From positions 23,064,001 through 23,128,000 of the forward strand of contig OZ024762.1 of the NCBI GenBank assembly GCA_964016885.1: 64,000 nt of DNA. The letters are read 5' to 3'. The stretch is from Eledone cirrhosa. Its lineage: Eukaryota. A program made the translations under genes and the position numbers. The notes beneath the pieces were generated by a model, which was given only the letters and a program-made list of their open reading frames with translations, searched no databases and had not been told where the DNA came from. Below, piece after piece: positions 28,185 through 43,559 of the stretch (position 1 is its first letter; each line of letters starts with the position of its first letter).

Positions 28185-28536
28185 GTATGTGAATTCTTAG
28201 AAAGAAAGAGAAAATTCATCGCTAGGACAGCTGTTAAAACATCCAAATACTCTCAATGATAGCTATGGGGTAAAAATACCTCAGAGAACAGAGACCAGTG
28301 GTCACTAGGGAGACAATTCCGCCGACCACAGGTCTCTGTCCTCGGAGACATTTATGCCCATCGCTTTCATTGACAACATTTCGATGTTTTATCAGCTGTT
28401 CTAGCGATGAGGTTTCTCTTTTATTCTATGAATTCAAATATAATCTCGCTTCGTCTCGATCAGAGATAATTGAGTACTCCTATTATGATAAGTGTTCTCC
28501 TTGGTCTCAGTACCACGGTCTCTTTCTTTCTTTCTT

Positions 28537-28616
<80 letters not shown>

Positions 28617-28619
<3 letters not shown>

Positions 28620-28812
28620 CGAAGGAGGTGTGGTAAAGAACCAGATGGACCATAACGCACAGGAGTACTCAATACTTAGGGTAATAGAGTGGGAATAGCA
28701 AACTGTTTAACCCAGACGGCAGAGCTCAAGCCGTTTCGATGGCTGCTTCTGGACTAAATTTAGTCCAGAAATAGCCGTCGAAACGGCTTGAGCTCTGCCG
28801 TTGGGGTTAAAC

Positions 28813-28813
<1 letters not shown>
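28617..28813 (-). mobile_element. Family A element (tail 28617-28703; palindrome 28704-28813)
   Basis: 55-bp arms with no loop, centred at 28758/28759; (TA)n flanks. Confidence 0.85.
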
Positions 28814-28861
<48 letters not shown>

Positions 28862-28868
28862 TGTGTGT

Positions 28869-28899
<31 letters not shown>

Positions 28900-28903
<4 letters not shown>

Positions 28904-28991
28904 GTGTTCCCAAATAATGTATAGACACTTATTTTAATAAATATTGCCTGTACAGGTAATCGAAGTGTGTATACATTTTTGGGACATCCTG
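28900..28991. mobile_element. Tc1/mariner-type MITE, about 92 bp
   Basis: TIRs cagggtgttcccaaataatgtatagacactt / aagtgtgtatacatttttgggacatcctg; related copy at ~37070-37207; TA TSD not clean. Confidence 0.7.
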
Positions 28992-29059
28992 CATATATCT
29001 ATATACATGCATATATCTATATATATATATATATCCGTTTGTGTGTGTGTATGTATGTA

Positions 29060-30050
<991 letters not shown>

Positions 30051-30683
30051 GTATGTATAAAACGTATTAAATACTGACTTTTCAAAGGATTTCATGAAGA
30101 GAAACGCTATAATTAATGCTGACTCTTGCTATACATTTCATTTCTATCTTCTCTCTTTGAATTCTACTTCGTACCAACAATAAAACGAAATTTAATTAAC
30201 ACGCATTATAATTAACGGAGGGCATTAATAAGTTATTGCTTAGCTTTCCTAATTACTACCTTTAATATTTACATAGTTTTCGGCAATGTGTGTATATGGT
30301 AGTAGGATGGATTGTCTGTGGGCGGGTGGTGGTGGTGGGGGTGGGGTGTGGGTGTGAGTGTAGTGTGTGTGTGTGGTTGCTTTTGCTTATTTCAGTTAAA
30401 TAAATTGTATTTTATGAAATGGTAAATTTGAGTAGTATATATGCATCTAAGCAGTTAAATACACGCACACACACACACACACATGCAACCCCCAACACAC
30501 ACACATTTATATATCTACATACATAGGTATGTATATATATATATTATATATATATATGCTTATACCCACATACACACACATATATTTACATAAACACACA
30601 CACACACATACACACACACATATATATATATATATATAGTGACGAAACATAAGTCAATTGCATGAACTCATAATCCTTTATTT

Positions 30684-30739
30684 ACTGCTATATATATTTC
30701 GATGGTAGCCATTGAATGGCTATGACCTCATCAGGCAGT
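30684..30739 (-). ncRNA. Type I hammerhead ribozyme (same family as 6160)
   Basis: actgc-CTGATGA-ggtcatagcc attcaat ggctaccatc-GAAA-tatata-TA-gcagt, inside a ~120-bp island (30638-30760) between (TA)n. Confidence 0.88.
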
Positions 30740-30755
30740 TAGTCAGTTCTTAGAT

Positions 30756-30791
<36 letters not shown>

Positions 30792-30900
30792 TGCGAATGA
30801 AGTAATTCCATCGGAAAAGTCCAGGAAAAAAGAGTGCTCTATGTAGGCAACAAAGCTTAATTATTATTATTATGTAATAAACAACATCAGGCAATTATTC

Positions 30901-30954
30901 CATTTACCAGTGGTTTCTTAAAAGCAAAAGGTTTTGCTTTCAATCCTCAGAATG
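30901..30954 (-). ncRNA. Type I hammerhead ribozyme (left arm)
   Basis: Reverse complement of 31027-31080. Confidence 0.85.
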
Positions 30955-31026
30955 AAAAAATCCTGGTTTGTTTTTATATATAAAAACAAACCAGGATTTA
31001 TATATAAAAACAAACCAGGATTTTTT

Positions 31027-31080
31027 CATTCTGAGGATTGAAAGCAAAACCTTTTGCTTTTAAGAAACCACTGGTAAATG
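31027..31080 (+). ncRNA. Type I hammerhead ribozyme (right arm)
   Basis: catt-CTGAGGA-ttgaaagcaaaa cc ttttgcttttaa-GAAA-ccactgg-TA-aatg. Confidence 0.85.
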
Positions 31081-31115
31081 GAATAATTGCCTTATGTTGT
31101 TTATTACATAATAAT

Positions 31116-31187
<72 letters not shown>

Positions 31188-31717
31188 AAAGCAAAACTAT
31201 TTGACAAAGGAATAACAATGTAAGACGGAAAGGACAACATACTAATAGCAAAATATATGGCTGTTTACTTCTCTATATTATTTCATGTCCTGTACTGAAA
31301 GATTAAATAGAGAATGAGGTTAGATCTGATATGAAGAGATATGTTAGAATGACTGATGTAACATACCCAAATTCCTATACTTGTTAACCAATTAAGAACA
31401 TCACTTCAAATTCTTGCTTGTTGTTCATCGAGGTGTTATATTTTTGAAACAGAATGGCTTCATTTATTTTAACTTCCCTTCGTTCCCCCTGCGGACATGA
31501 TGATGGCTGTAACATTATTGATTGGATATGTGTAATCATTGGTTCTTCAAGTATGAAATTTGTCGAAAATAAAAAAATTTCTACAAATTTGAGACATGAC
31601 GACCCAATATTTAACCGCTGAAGCTTTTGAATGTCTTCCTTAACACTACGTTAAAGTTTACGAACGGTGCTTCCGGTGTAAGAACGGCCACATTTATTAC
31701 ATGTTATGTGGTACATG

Positions 31718-31990
31718 GTGAAGATGTGTGGTTTAATGGTTAGCATATATAGCTCGCGATCATAAGGTCGTGCGTTCGATTTCCAATAGCGCTTTGTGGC
31801 CTTGAGCAACTCACTTTATTTCAGTCTACTCAGCTGGCCAAAATGAACTGGACTTCCTGTAATTCTGTGACGCACTGAATCTCTCCGATAACAACTTTAC
31901 TTCTACGCGTATCTGTGGAATGATCAATGTTTTTCACGTCAATTTCACGAGCACCTTGTTCCGTTGATATTATCAACTGAAATATTCATC
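31718..31990 (+). mobile_element. SINE family 2 (diverged)
   Basis: gtggtttaatggttag...gcgttcgatttcc...ccttgagcaactcactttattt. Confidence 0.7.
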
Positions 31991-32169
31991 ATCGCAACCG
32001 ACGGAGTGCCAGTATCTGGTGCACGATATAACTTCAGAGAAGGCTTTCCCATATTCGCTCCCAATCTCTGCTTTCCGTCCTTTCGAGATCGAAAAATACA
32101 TGTCTAGTCTTGAGTTAGATTCTTCCTTAGTGTTTTTCACACACACACACACTCTTCCCCTTTCCATCT

Positions 32170-32223
<54 letters not shown>

Positions 32224-32303
32224 CTCGCTCTCTCTCTCAATCTCGCTCTCTCTCTCTCGCATTCTCTCTATGTGTGTGTCTCTCTCTCTGCTCTTATCTC
32301 CCC

Positions 32304-32347
<44 letters not shown>

Positions 32348-34057
32348 CTTTCTTTGGATGAAGAAGAAATCGGTGGTATTCAGACATGGAGAGTGATAGG
32401 GCTCCGCCAAGTATAAAATGTCCGAGATACGCTGCATAACATGACAGCGCCTCTACAACTTTATTAAATGTGAGGCTTCATCGATGTGGCCTAAAAAGAT
32501 TTGGTAAATTATCAATTCTCAACCTCCATATCTTCGGAACAGACACTAAACAACCAATCACACAGTTTCCTTCTACCACACTTCAAAAGGTGATGGCAAA
32601 CAACACAAGCCCAAGATGGCCCCCGGCGGACCGAATCCTTGGTTTAATAATTATGAAGCACACCCTTAAATCTTTCGAGCATGTTGCGTATATTTACTAA
32701 AACGAATCCAATATTAATCCCTCTAATAAATCCTAGCACGCTACGCAGAAGTGTTTCTAGAAATTCATCTGCCGCAGCGTATAACTTGAAGTCGTCAATA
32801 GACAGAAGATGTTTGATTATCTTTATATAATTTTTTGTATCCGAGTCTAATCTGGTCTAATAGATTTTTCATTCTACTTTTTGTATTATCGTTATTGTTA
32901 TGGTTATTGTTATTGTTATTGTTATCGCTATCATCGTTGTTTTTGTGAATATTGCTAGCACTATTGATATATCATTATTATTAGTAGCTATAGTCACAGT
33001 CGCACTAGTAGACTTGGTAATTGAATGAAACAAATAAAAAAAACAAAAAACAAGGAAATCGTTTTAAGAATTAATAGCTTTCAAGTTTTCAATGTTTTAT
33101 TGTGTTTGTTCTTTATAGATGATATTATATTACCTGCAAAAATAATTGTTCTATTCAAGATCTTAGAACACGATTACCAGTGATAAAATATTGACATAGT
33201 TTGGTGTTTATAGCTTACAATAGCCAAGTAAATTAAGTGTGAGTATTTTTGGTTATCTGGAAATTTGTACAACTCCTATGTTTTCTGAAGAGAATCTAAA
33301 CTGACAAGAGGAAATAATACGAAATATTTTCAGATCTCGGCAGCCATTTTTGTTTTTGTTTATGTTAAATTTCTTTGTTTTTATATTTTTTTGCTTCGTT
33401 TTATTTTTTTTATTTTTTTTTATTTTTTATTAGTTTTTGTTTGTTGTTTTCGGTGGTGTTTTTTTTTTTCTTCGTGTTTCATTTGATATATAATTAAATT
33501 CTTTTTTGTTCGAATTAAATAAAATTTAATTTGTAAAATAAACAAAAAAACTTTTATGACGTATATGAAGTTTTTTTCGTGTAATAACGTCTGAGGTACG
33601 AACAAGAACAGCTGTTATGAAAGTTATTAAATATAGCCGCAGGGACCCAGGTGGATAGATACAAGGAACCGGGTATATAGATGCAGGGAACCGGGTGTAT
33701 AGGTGCAGGAAAACGGGTGAATAGGTGTAGCTGTTACCTATTTCACTATCTCTGTCTCTCTCTCTCTCATATAGCGAGAGAGAGGGGTGTAAAATCCCGA
33801 ACGCGGTGCCAAGCCGATACCGCTTGTCGCTGCGGTGGGTATTTACATCTCTATACCGACCCCGCGTCTCTAGCATCGAGTACTCCCATGGTTAGTGATC
33901 TCATCCGCCTCAGCACAACAAACTTCCTCTCTCTATCTATCTATCTATCTCTAAATATATCTATCTATCTATCTAAGGCGGGTAAAATTGCCGAGATCCA
34001 TGGACGAGTTCTCTCCAGCGGTCTCTGTCCCTCATTATCGCTGCCATGTCCTGCGTC

Positions 34058-34290
34058 TGGATGAAAAACTCAGAGCTGTATGGGAGCATCCCAAAAGTCA
34101 GCTCAAAAGTGACACAGAGGAGACTGAGGTTAGCTGGACATGCTCACCGACATCCAGAATTGACATTGCACTCAGTACTCCTTTGGGAGCCCCTACATGG
34201 ACACACTAGAAGAGGAAGACCAAGGTTAATGTATGTTGATGCCCTAAGGACAGACACTGGTCTGTTGGAGATGAAGGACATGGCAGCGAT
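34058..34290 (+). pseudogene. RTE-clade LINE C-terminal fragment
   Basis: NSELYGSIPKVSSKVTQRRLRLAGHAHRHPE...LLWEPLHG..RRGRP...YVDALRTDTGL. Confidence 0.85.
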
Positions 34291-34322
34291 ATATATATAT
34301 ACAGTATATATATATATATATA

Positions 34323-34942
34323 TATTTATTAAAATAACAGATTAAAGTTTAAGCAAAGAATCGCTGCTTTCACCCTTAACGGGATCTTCTGAAACTAACA
34401 AAGTCAATCTGTAAACGCAGAAGTGAATATTTAAAAAAAAACTTCCAACCGGAGGAAGACAGGAAGACAGGAAGACGATACTTTGGTTCGTGGAAACGTT
34501 CCCTGGCAAAGAACGGGAAAAAACGAATATAATACGTCATTATTTGAAGCGGTGAAAAACAATCACACGCAAAGATAAAACCACGTTTATTGTATAAAAG
34601 AAGTCGTAGACTAATGTTCTCTTAGGTGGTTCATAGAGACGTTCTCTGGCAATGAACGGAAAAAACGAAGATAATACATCATATGTGGACCGGGGAGAAC
34701 AATTGCACGGAAAGACAAAACCACGTAAATGGTATAACTGAAGTCGTATCTAAATTTCTAACTAGGAAACCGAATGATTCTCGGCTTCTGAGTTAAGAAT
34801 AAAGTAAATAAAATACAGAGGTAATTGAAATTAAATAAATACATACACGCATCCATATACGTACATACACAAGCATGCGCGAAAACACTCGCCATAGGTA
34901 TACAAATACACGCACGTACACAGTCTTCAAATTTATTATTAT

Positions 34943-34948
<6 letters not shown>
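34323..34948. mobile_element. Family C: long tail-less inverted arm (34323-34815) plus tail stub (34923-34948)
   Basis: Collinear with 59282-59752; internal ~120-bp duplication. Confidence 0.78.
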
Positions 34949-34983
<35 letters not shown>

Positions 34984-34987
<4 letters not shown>

Positions 34988-35168
34988 AAGAAGGTGTGGT
35001 AAGATACCAGGTGGACCAAAACACACCAGAGTACTCGATACTTGGGTAGTAGAGTGGGTAATGTGAAAAGATTAAGGACCCCGAAGGCTGAGCTCAGGCC
35101 GTTTCGAAGATTTGCATCTAGCTGCCGAAACAGCAGGAGCTCAGCCGTCGAAGTCCTGAATCTTTCTG
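34984..35168 (-). mobile_element. Family A element (tail plus diverged fold-back)
   Basis: aaagattaaggaccccga...tttcg versus cgaaa...gtcctgaatcttt. Confidence 0.8.
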
Positions 35169-35585
35169 CTATATCAAGCGTTAACCTAATATATCCCTTC
35201 CATATACTGTACCGATGGTGTTGTTATTTCCCTTTTCCTTTTACATACATACATACATATATAGCATAGCATAGAGTACAGATATTATTTAGAAAGTGTG
35301 AAAGAGAAATGTGTGTGTGGCTCTAAATGATGCTATAGTTTGAATGCATTTAGTATATATTTGATATTTTCCACTGACCACCTGCTACATATCATCTAAA
35401 ATTAATGAACCCGGAAACCAGAATTTGCAACAAGATAAACGGAAGGAGACATTTCGACAAATATTTATCATGTACCTATAATGACAATCTTATCTCTTAA
35501 TGAAGGCGGTCAGTGGGTATTCGTCGGAATAAAATATCTTGTGGTTTGTTCTGGTTCATCTACGCTATAAAATCAAATCTCATAA

Positions 35586-35795
35586 GCATGGTTCAGTGGT
35601 TAAAGCCTTTGACTTGCAATCGTGAGGGTGTTAAATCGATTCCCTGACTGTGGTGTGTGGTGTGTTGTGTCTGTAAGCAAGACACTTTATTTCACTTTAT
35701 TTCACATTGTTACAGTTTACTCACTTGTAGAAATGAATTGCGACGTCACTGGTGCCAAGCAGTATCAGCCATTGTCTTTCCCTTGGACAACATCA
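35586..35795 (+). mobile_element. SINE family 2
   Basis: gcatggttcagtggttaaag...tcgattccc...agcaagacactttatttcac. Confidence 0.75.
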
Positions 35796-36515
35796 TATAT
35801 AGTGTATATATAATATATATATATGTTGTAATGTCACTGGGGCCAAGCTGTATCAGCCATTGCCTTTCCCTTGGACAACATCATATATATTATATATATA
35901 ATATATATATGTTGTAATGTCACTGGGGCCAAACTGTATCAGCCATTGCCTTTCCCTTGGACAACATCATATATATTATATATATAATATATATATGTTG
36001 TAATGTCACTGGGGCCAAACTGTATCAGCCATTGCCTTTCCCTTGGACAACATCATATATAGTGTATATATAATATATATATATGTTGTAATGTCACTGG
36101 GGCCAAGCTGTATCAGCCATTGCCTTTCCCTTGGACAACATCATATATAGTGTATATAATAAATATATGTTGTAATGTCACTGGGGCCAAACTGTATCAG
36201 CCATTGCCTTTCCCTTGGACAACATCATATATAGTGTAAATATAATATATATATATGTTGTAATGTCACTGGGGCCAAACTGTATCAGCCATTGCCTTTC
36301 CCTTGGACAACATCATATATAGTGTATATATAATATATATATATATGTTGTATTGTCACTGGGGCCAAACTGTATCAGCCATTGCCTTTCCCTGGAACAA
36401 CATCATATATAGAGAACATCAAGTGTATATATACATATATATATATGTTGTGACGTCACGGCTGCCAAGCTGTATCAGCCATTTCCTTTCCCTTAGGCAG
36501 CATATATAGTGTATA
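35745..36515. repeat. 84-100-bp minisatellite, 9 units, derived from the SINE body
   Basis: gtcac units start at 35745, 35833, 35919, 36005, 36093, 36177, 36265, 36355 and 36455. Confidence 0.92.
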
Positions 36516-36674
36516 TATGGCATTTTCTCACTCTCTTTCCTTATCTAGAACTCTACTATATTTACATCTGGAGACAAGATTGCCTCTGCCGGGTTTAAAA
36601 GAATACCCTAAAAGACGCCACATTGATACACACCATATATACATATATATAGTAGAAATCATTATTAAAATTAT

Positions 36675-37050
36675 GTGGTGGATTGTCAATATTGGTAGAG
36701 CGTCAAACGCCATGCTTTGGAGCATAGAGTAACCTCCCTTTACATTCTGAATTCGAATCCCGTCGAGGTTAACTTCGCCTTTCATCCTTATGGGGTCGAT
36801 AAAATAAAGTACCAGTAATGCACTGAGATAATTGCTGGCATTTTTGCCAAAAGTAGAAACAATTATTTAAATTATATGGTGCATTGTCAGTATCGCTAGA
36901 GCGTCAGACGCCATGCTCTGCAGCATAGTTATGGCCCTTTACGTTCTGAGTTCAAATCCCGTTGAAGTTAACTTTACCTTTCATCCTCACGGAGCCGATA
37001 AAATAAAGTACCAGTAATACACTGAGATAACTGGTTCCCAAAGTAGAAAA
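36675..37050 (+). mobile_element. Two head-to-tail SINE family 1 copies
   Basis: 36675-36865 and 36876-37050; ttatt(t/a)aaattat before, between and after. Confidence 0.85.
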
Positions 37051-37498
37051 AGTTATTTAAATTATGTCAATATTTTGGGGGCGTTTATATACAATTGAAT
37101 TAGGCCTGTAGATCATTTTTGGGTGGGTGGGTTTAACGCTGTGCATTCTAATAAAAGTTGCCTGTACAGGTAATCAAATTGTGTATAGATTTTTGTGGGA
37201 CACGCTCTATATTGATTAAATTGATCATGATCCTTCTGAATATAGAGACATTATATAGCTTTTGGACGTATTATACATGGATTGCAAAAAAATAATACAT
37301 AGATATATTTGGAAATATTCACACGTTTAGATACGAGCAACGCGTGCACAAACTCACTTATGGATATTGCAAGCACTCACTGTGTATGTAATCGCATGTT
37401 TGTATCAATCCAGCAAAATGTGTACTGGTATATAATTTGTTTTACATACATATGCATGCATGTGTATGTTCGGAGGTGGGAAAATATATGTATGTATA

Positions 37499-37549
<51 letters not shown>

Positions 37550-37631
37550 TGTATATATATATACTGTATATATATGTTTGTATGTATGTATGTAAAATAT
37601 GTGCATATATAGATATATGTATATATGTGTG

Positions 37632-37662
<31 letters not shown>

Positions 37663-37742
37663 ATATATATATGTGTGTGTGTACATAAATATGTATATAA
37701 ATATAAATATACGTAGATATGTATAGAGATAAGTATTGATAC

Positions 37743-37795
<53 letters not shown>

Positions 37796-37804
37796 TACAT
37801 ATAT

Positions 37805-37843
<39 letters not shown>

Positions 37844-37915
37844 TATTTACATATATACACACACATATATATATAAAACTATATATATATATACACATAA
37901 ATATAAATAAATATA

Positions 37916-37963
<48 letters not shown>

Positions 37964-38634
37964 CATACATATAAACATACATACATATATCTATACACCC
38001 CCCCCCCTCCCTCCCACACACATACATACACAAAGTGAGAATTGTTTCTAAGATCTCTTACGCTTCCAAACAATATAAAAACCATAAAATACAAACTATA
38101 AACAATAACCAAAAAGAAATTTAATCAACATATATATAAATATGAAAATAAATATACAAATATGGCGATTTCGTTGTGCTACACAGACGACAATATTTTC
38201 CCACTTAAATTTAATTTACGATGCTTTCCTTTTCCAACCTTTTTTTATTTTTGTTATTTCATTTACTTCTATTTTTTTATCATTTTCGATATATATGTAT
38301 CTTTTTATTTTTATTCTGATGAAACTATAATAAAATCAAATTTTATATTTCTGTTATTATGTTTTTGTACATATGTCTGTATGTTTGTTTGTATGTTTGT
38401 TTGTTCAATTTTTTTGGTGTGTGTGTGGGGAGGGTTCCTTTTTGGTTTTGTTTATATTTTTGGTGGTGGTGTTGGTGGTGCTGGTGGTGGTGGTGGTGGT
38501 TGATGATGTTGTTGTTGTTGGTGTTGGTGTTGATTCTGGTTTAAACAAATTATTTGTAACAACATCAACAACATGAGTAACAACAACAAAGTGTTACTTT
38601 TTTTAGGTATATATTGTTTTGAAAGCAAATATAT

Positions 38635-38723
38635 AAATATTTGCTCTACGGTTCTTATATATTTGATATATATTTATCCTTATAGAGCCCTCTTTGGAAT
38701 TTAGTCTCCAAATTTATTATTAT

Positions 38724-38728
<5 letters not shown>
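38635..38728 (+). mobile_element. Family C tail-only copy
   Basis: Matches 12457-12549, starts at the arm/tail junction aaatat and ends in (TA)n. Confidence 0.8.
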
Positions 38729-38807
<79 letters not shown>

Positions 38808-39176
38808 TATGTATGTATATAACATGTATGTATGTATATAACATGTATGTATGTATATATCATGTATGTATGTATATATCATGTATGTATGTATATATCA
38901 TGTATGTATGTATATATCATATATGTGTGTATATATCATATATGTATGTATATATAATATATGTATGTATATATCATATATGTATATATGTATTTATATA
39001 TCATATATGTATGTATTTATATATCATATGTATATGTATGTAAGTATATATATATATATATATATATATATGAATGTATTTATATATATACATATATGTG
39101 TATATATCATATATGTATATATGTATTTATATATCATATATGTATGTATTTATATATCATATGTATATGTATGTAA

Positions 39177-39219
<43 letters not shown>

Positions 39220-39284
39220 TGTATTTATATATATATATATATGTGTATATATATATTTATATACATATATATATATATTTATAT

Positions 39285-39319
<35 letters not shown>

Positions 39320-39426
39320 CGAATGTATGTATCTATATATGTATATATATGTATATCTATATATCCAAACACACACCGACATGCATACAGATATATACAT
39401 ATATTATATATTTGCTTTCCGAGCAA

Positions 39427-39458
<32 letters not shown>

Positions 39459-39530
39459 CTGAAACGAAACTGAGAGTCATTTGCTGTTGCTGTGCTCATG
39501 CGCATGAACACGACGACTAAATCAACCCTG

Positions 39531-39676
<146 letters not shown>

Positions 39677-40143
39677 GGCATATGTGTATATATGTATATA
39701 TCCATATTAGTGTATGTGTGTGTATGTATATGTATATATATGAACATGCATATGTATCTCTTTATAAATGAGTGGTGTATATAATTTTTTCATAATTTCA
39801 AATACACTGCATATAAAAGGGAATGAGGGGGCGTATAGTCGTTTTGGGTGGTGTTGATGGCTGCGCTCGTAGTTGTAATGATGGCGGTTTTTTCCGTCAA
39901 ACTAAAGTATTGATTCCTGCAAAATTACAAAAAAGAATCTGGTGTCATTTTAAAGCATCGCAGATTTTTACCATATTATATTAAGTGTGGAACTAACAAT
40001 ATGCTTGCTTCTTTTTTTTACAATCGTTGACATTTACACAAGTATATAGTGAGCGAAGGACAGAGATCTGAGAAAAACATATATATATTTGTATATATGC
40101 ATGTAGATATATACAAACATACGTGGGCTGCGTAGGTGTATAA

Positions 40144-40196
<53 letters not shown>

Positions 40197-40346
40197 AAGT
40201 ATAAATAAAATAGATGTTCTTTTGATCAACTACATTTTATTACACATATTTCGGATGTACAACAGTACGTCCTCATCATATACATATATGTATATATATA
40301 TATATATATACATATATGTATATATATATATATATATACATATATG

Positions 40347-40378
<32 letters not shown>

Positions 40379-41094
40379 ATATATACATATATATATATGT
40401 GTATGTGTGTATGTATATATATACATATGTATGTGTGTGTGTATGTATATGTATATATACATATGTGTGTGCCTGCGTGTATGCATATATCCGTGTGTGT
40501 GTATGTATATATACGTGTGTGTATGTATATATATATATGTGTGTGTGTATGTATATATCTATGTGTGTATGTGTGTATATGTATGAACGTGTGATTGTGA
40601 ATTTTACATAGACATATCTTGAATATTTAGTTGTTGTTGGTTTTTTCAAACTTCTAAAATATGAAATTTCACAATATTGATTACCTAAGAGCTAAAAGTA
40701 ATATTGAACATTAGGCTTATACATGTGTCTGTGTGTGTGTGTTTGCGTGTGTGTGTTGGGAGGGAGGAGGACAGCAGAAAAGTATTTTGGCGGGCGCCCT
40801 GTGCAGTGTTTGTATCCAGTTTGAGGGATTAAACTGTTCTACTATCTAGGAATTTGTGCCCCACAATATGACGGTTGTATCTGACATTAGTCGGGTCTAA
40901 ATAATACAAAAATAAACACAAGAGTGAGCCTATATACCCGGAGATATCCTGAGCCTTTTTAGAATAATTGACAGCCATGCTTCGGCAGTGAACGTTGACT
41001 ATCGGCAATCATGACGGCACACTGTTAAGTTGTTTTAGTGTCATTAGACTTTCTCTGTCGTTTATTTTCTCTCAGCAAGAAGACCACACCACTA

Positions 41095-41968
41095 GACTCT
41101 GTTTTATGTACACATGTCATAAAAACTGTTTTATGTGCACATTTCATAAAAACTGTTTTATGTGTATATTTCACAAAGTCTGTCTTATGTACACATTTCA
41201 TAAATACTGTTATATATACACATTTCATAAAGACTGTTGTATGTACACATTTCATAAAGACTGCTTTATGTACAAATTTCATAAAGACATTTATGTGCAC
41301 ATTTCATAAAGACTTTTATGTACACATTTCATAAAGACTGGTTCATGTATACATTTCATAAAGACTGTTTTATGTGCACATTTCATAAAGTCTCTTTTAT
41401 GTACACTTTCATAAAGACAGTTTAATGTACACATCTCATAAAGACTGTTTTATATACGCATTTCATAAATACTGTTTTAAGTGTTCATTTCATAAATGCC
41501 TCTTTTATGTAAACATTTCATAAAGACTGTTTTATGTACACATTTCATAAAGACTGTTTTATCACACAGTTCATAAAGACTGTTTAATGTACACATTTCA
41601 TAAAGATTGTTTAATGTACACATTGCATAAATAATGTTTTATATACACATTTGATAAAGGCTCTTTTATGTACACTTTTATAAATACAGTTTAATGTACA
41701 CATTTCATATGTAAACATTTCATAAAGACTGTTGTGTGTACACATTTCATAAAGACTGTTTTATGTACACATTTCATAAAGACTGGTTCATGTATACATT
41801 TCATAAAGACTGTTTTATGTACATATTTCATAAAGACCTCTTTGATGTGCACATTTCATAAAGACCTCTTTTATGTACACATTTCATAAAGACCTCTTTT
41901 ATGTACACATTTCATAAAGACTATTTTATGTACACATTTCATAAAGACTATTTTATGCACACATTTCA
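41095..41968. repeat. 27-bp minisatellite, about 32 units (gactgttttatgtacacatttcataaa)
   Basis: Direct reading; 9-aa periodicity in the ORF track. Confidence 0.95.
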
Positions 41969-42673
41969 TGTAGCTTACTAACCTCGGATATATTCTCTTC
42001 GAACGTTTGTTAAAACCTACAGTCAGGTGATAATATTTCATCTTTCCCCCTTTTTATTCTAACTGTGATGATAGAAATGTCACATTGTGTATGTGTATAT
42101 CTAATGAACGTAACGCCGTATGGAGTTGTAGGGGGCGCGGTGGTGTCATACGGCTTTTCTTGGTTATTTTAAAACTGGTGAAAATAATCCCTCTACACGT
42201 CTGAATATATCTGATCTCTTCCTCATCTTCATATTCTTCTTCTTCTTCTTCTTCTTCTTCTTCTTCTTCTTCTTCTTCTTCTTCTTCTTCTTCTTTGTAT
42301 TTTTCTTTTTCTATTTCTTTTTCTTTTTCTTCTTCTTCTTTTTGTTTTTTTTTGTTTTTCTTCTTTTCTTTTTCTTTTTCTTCTTTTTCTTCTTTTTTCT
42401 TTTTCTTCTTTTTTTCTTCTTCGTCGTCTTCACAATCTTCTTTTTTCTTCTTCTTCTTCTTGAGAGAGTGAGAGAGGGCAAGAACGTGGGGTGGGGGGGG
42501 GGGGGGGGGGTAGAGAGGAAATAAGAAAGATAAATAAAGGAAGAATCGGTCCTAGTACTTCACAGGTACCATTTATCGACCTGCAAATGATAAAAGGTAA
42601 AGTTGAGATCGGTGCATAGAGCCAGAACGAATAACGTAATCATTCTCTTGGGCATTCTAACAATTTTGCCAAT

Positions 42674-42761
<88 letters not shown>

Positions 42762-42769
42762 ATATATAT

Positions 42770-43470
42770 ATATTTATATATCTATATATATCTATATGTA
42801 TATATCTATATATATCTATATATGTATATATCTATATATGTATATATGTATATATGTATATATGTATATATCTATAGGTATATATATATATATGTACATA
42901 TATATATGTATATATATATGTATATATATATGTATATATCTATATATATATATATGTATATATCTATATTTGTATATATGTATATATCTATATGTATATA
43001 TCTATATATGTATATATGTATATATCTATATATGTACATATGTATATATATATATGTATATATATATCTATATATGTATATATCTATATATGTATATACA
43101 TATATATGTATATATATATATATGTATATATCTATATATGTATATATGTATATATCTATATATGTATATCTGTATATATGTATATATATATATGTATATA
43201 TCTACATATGTATATATATGTATATATCTAAATATGTATATATGTATATATCTAAATATGTATATATGTATATATCTATATATGTATATATGTATATATG
43301 TATATATCTATATATGTATATGTATATATGTATATATCTATATATGTATATATGTATATGTATATATGTATATATCTAAATATGTATATATGTATATATC
43401 TATATATGTATATATGTATATATATATATGTATATATATATGTACATATATATATGTACATATATATATG

Positions 43471-43505
<35 letters not shown>

Positions 43506-43524
43506 GTATATTGATATATATATG

Positions 43525-43559
<35 letters not shown>

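Larger units (their letters stand above)
30795..31120 (-). mobile_element. Family B fold-back element (tail 30795-30860; palindrome 30861-31120)
   Basis: About 120-bp near-perfect arms with a duplicated centre. Confidence 0.88.

Noticed and set aside
33281-33325. CTGAAGA...GAAA motif
   Set aside because: Stems I and II do not pair; likely chance
35745-36515. CRISPR-like repeat-spacer pattern
   Set aside because: Spacers are homologous TA-rich sequence and the repeat derives from a SINE
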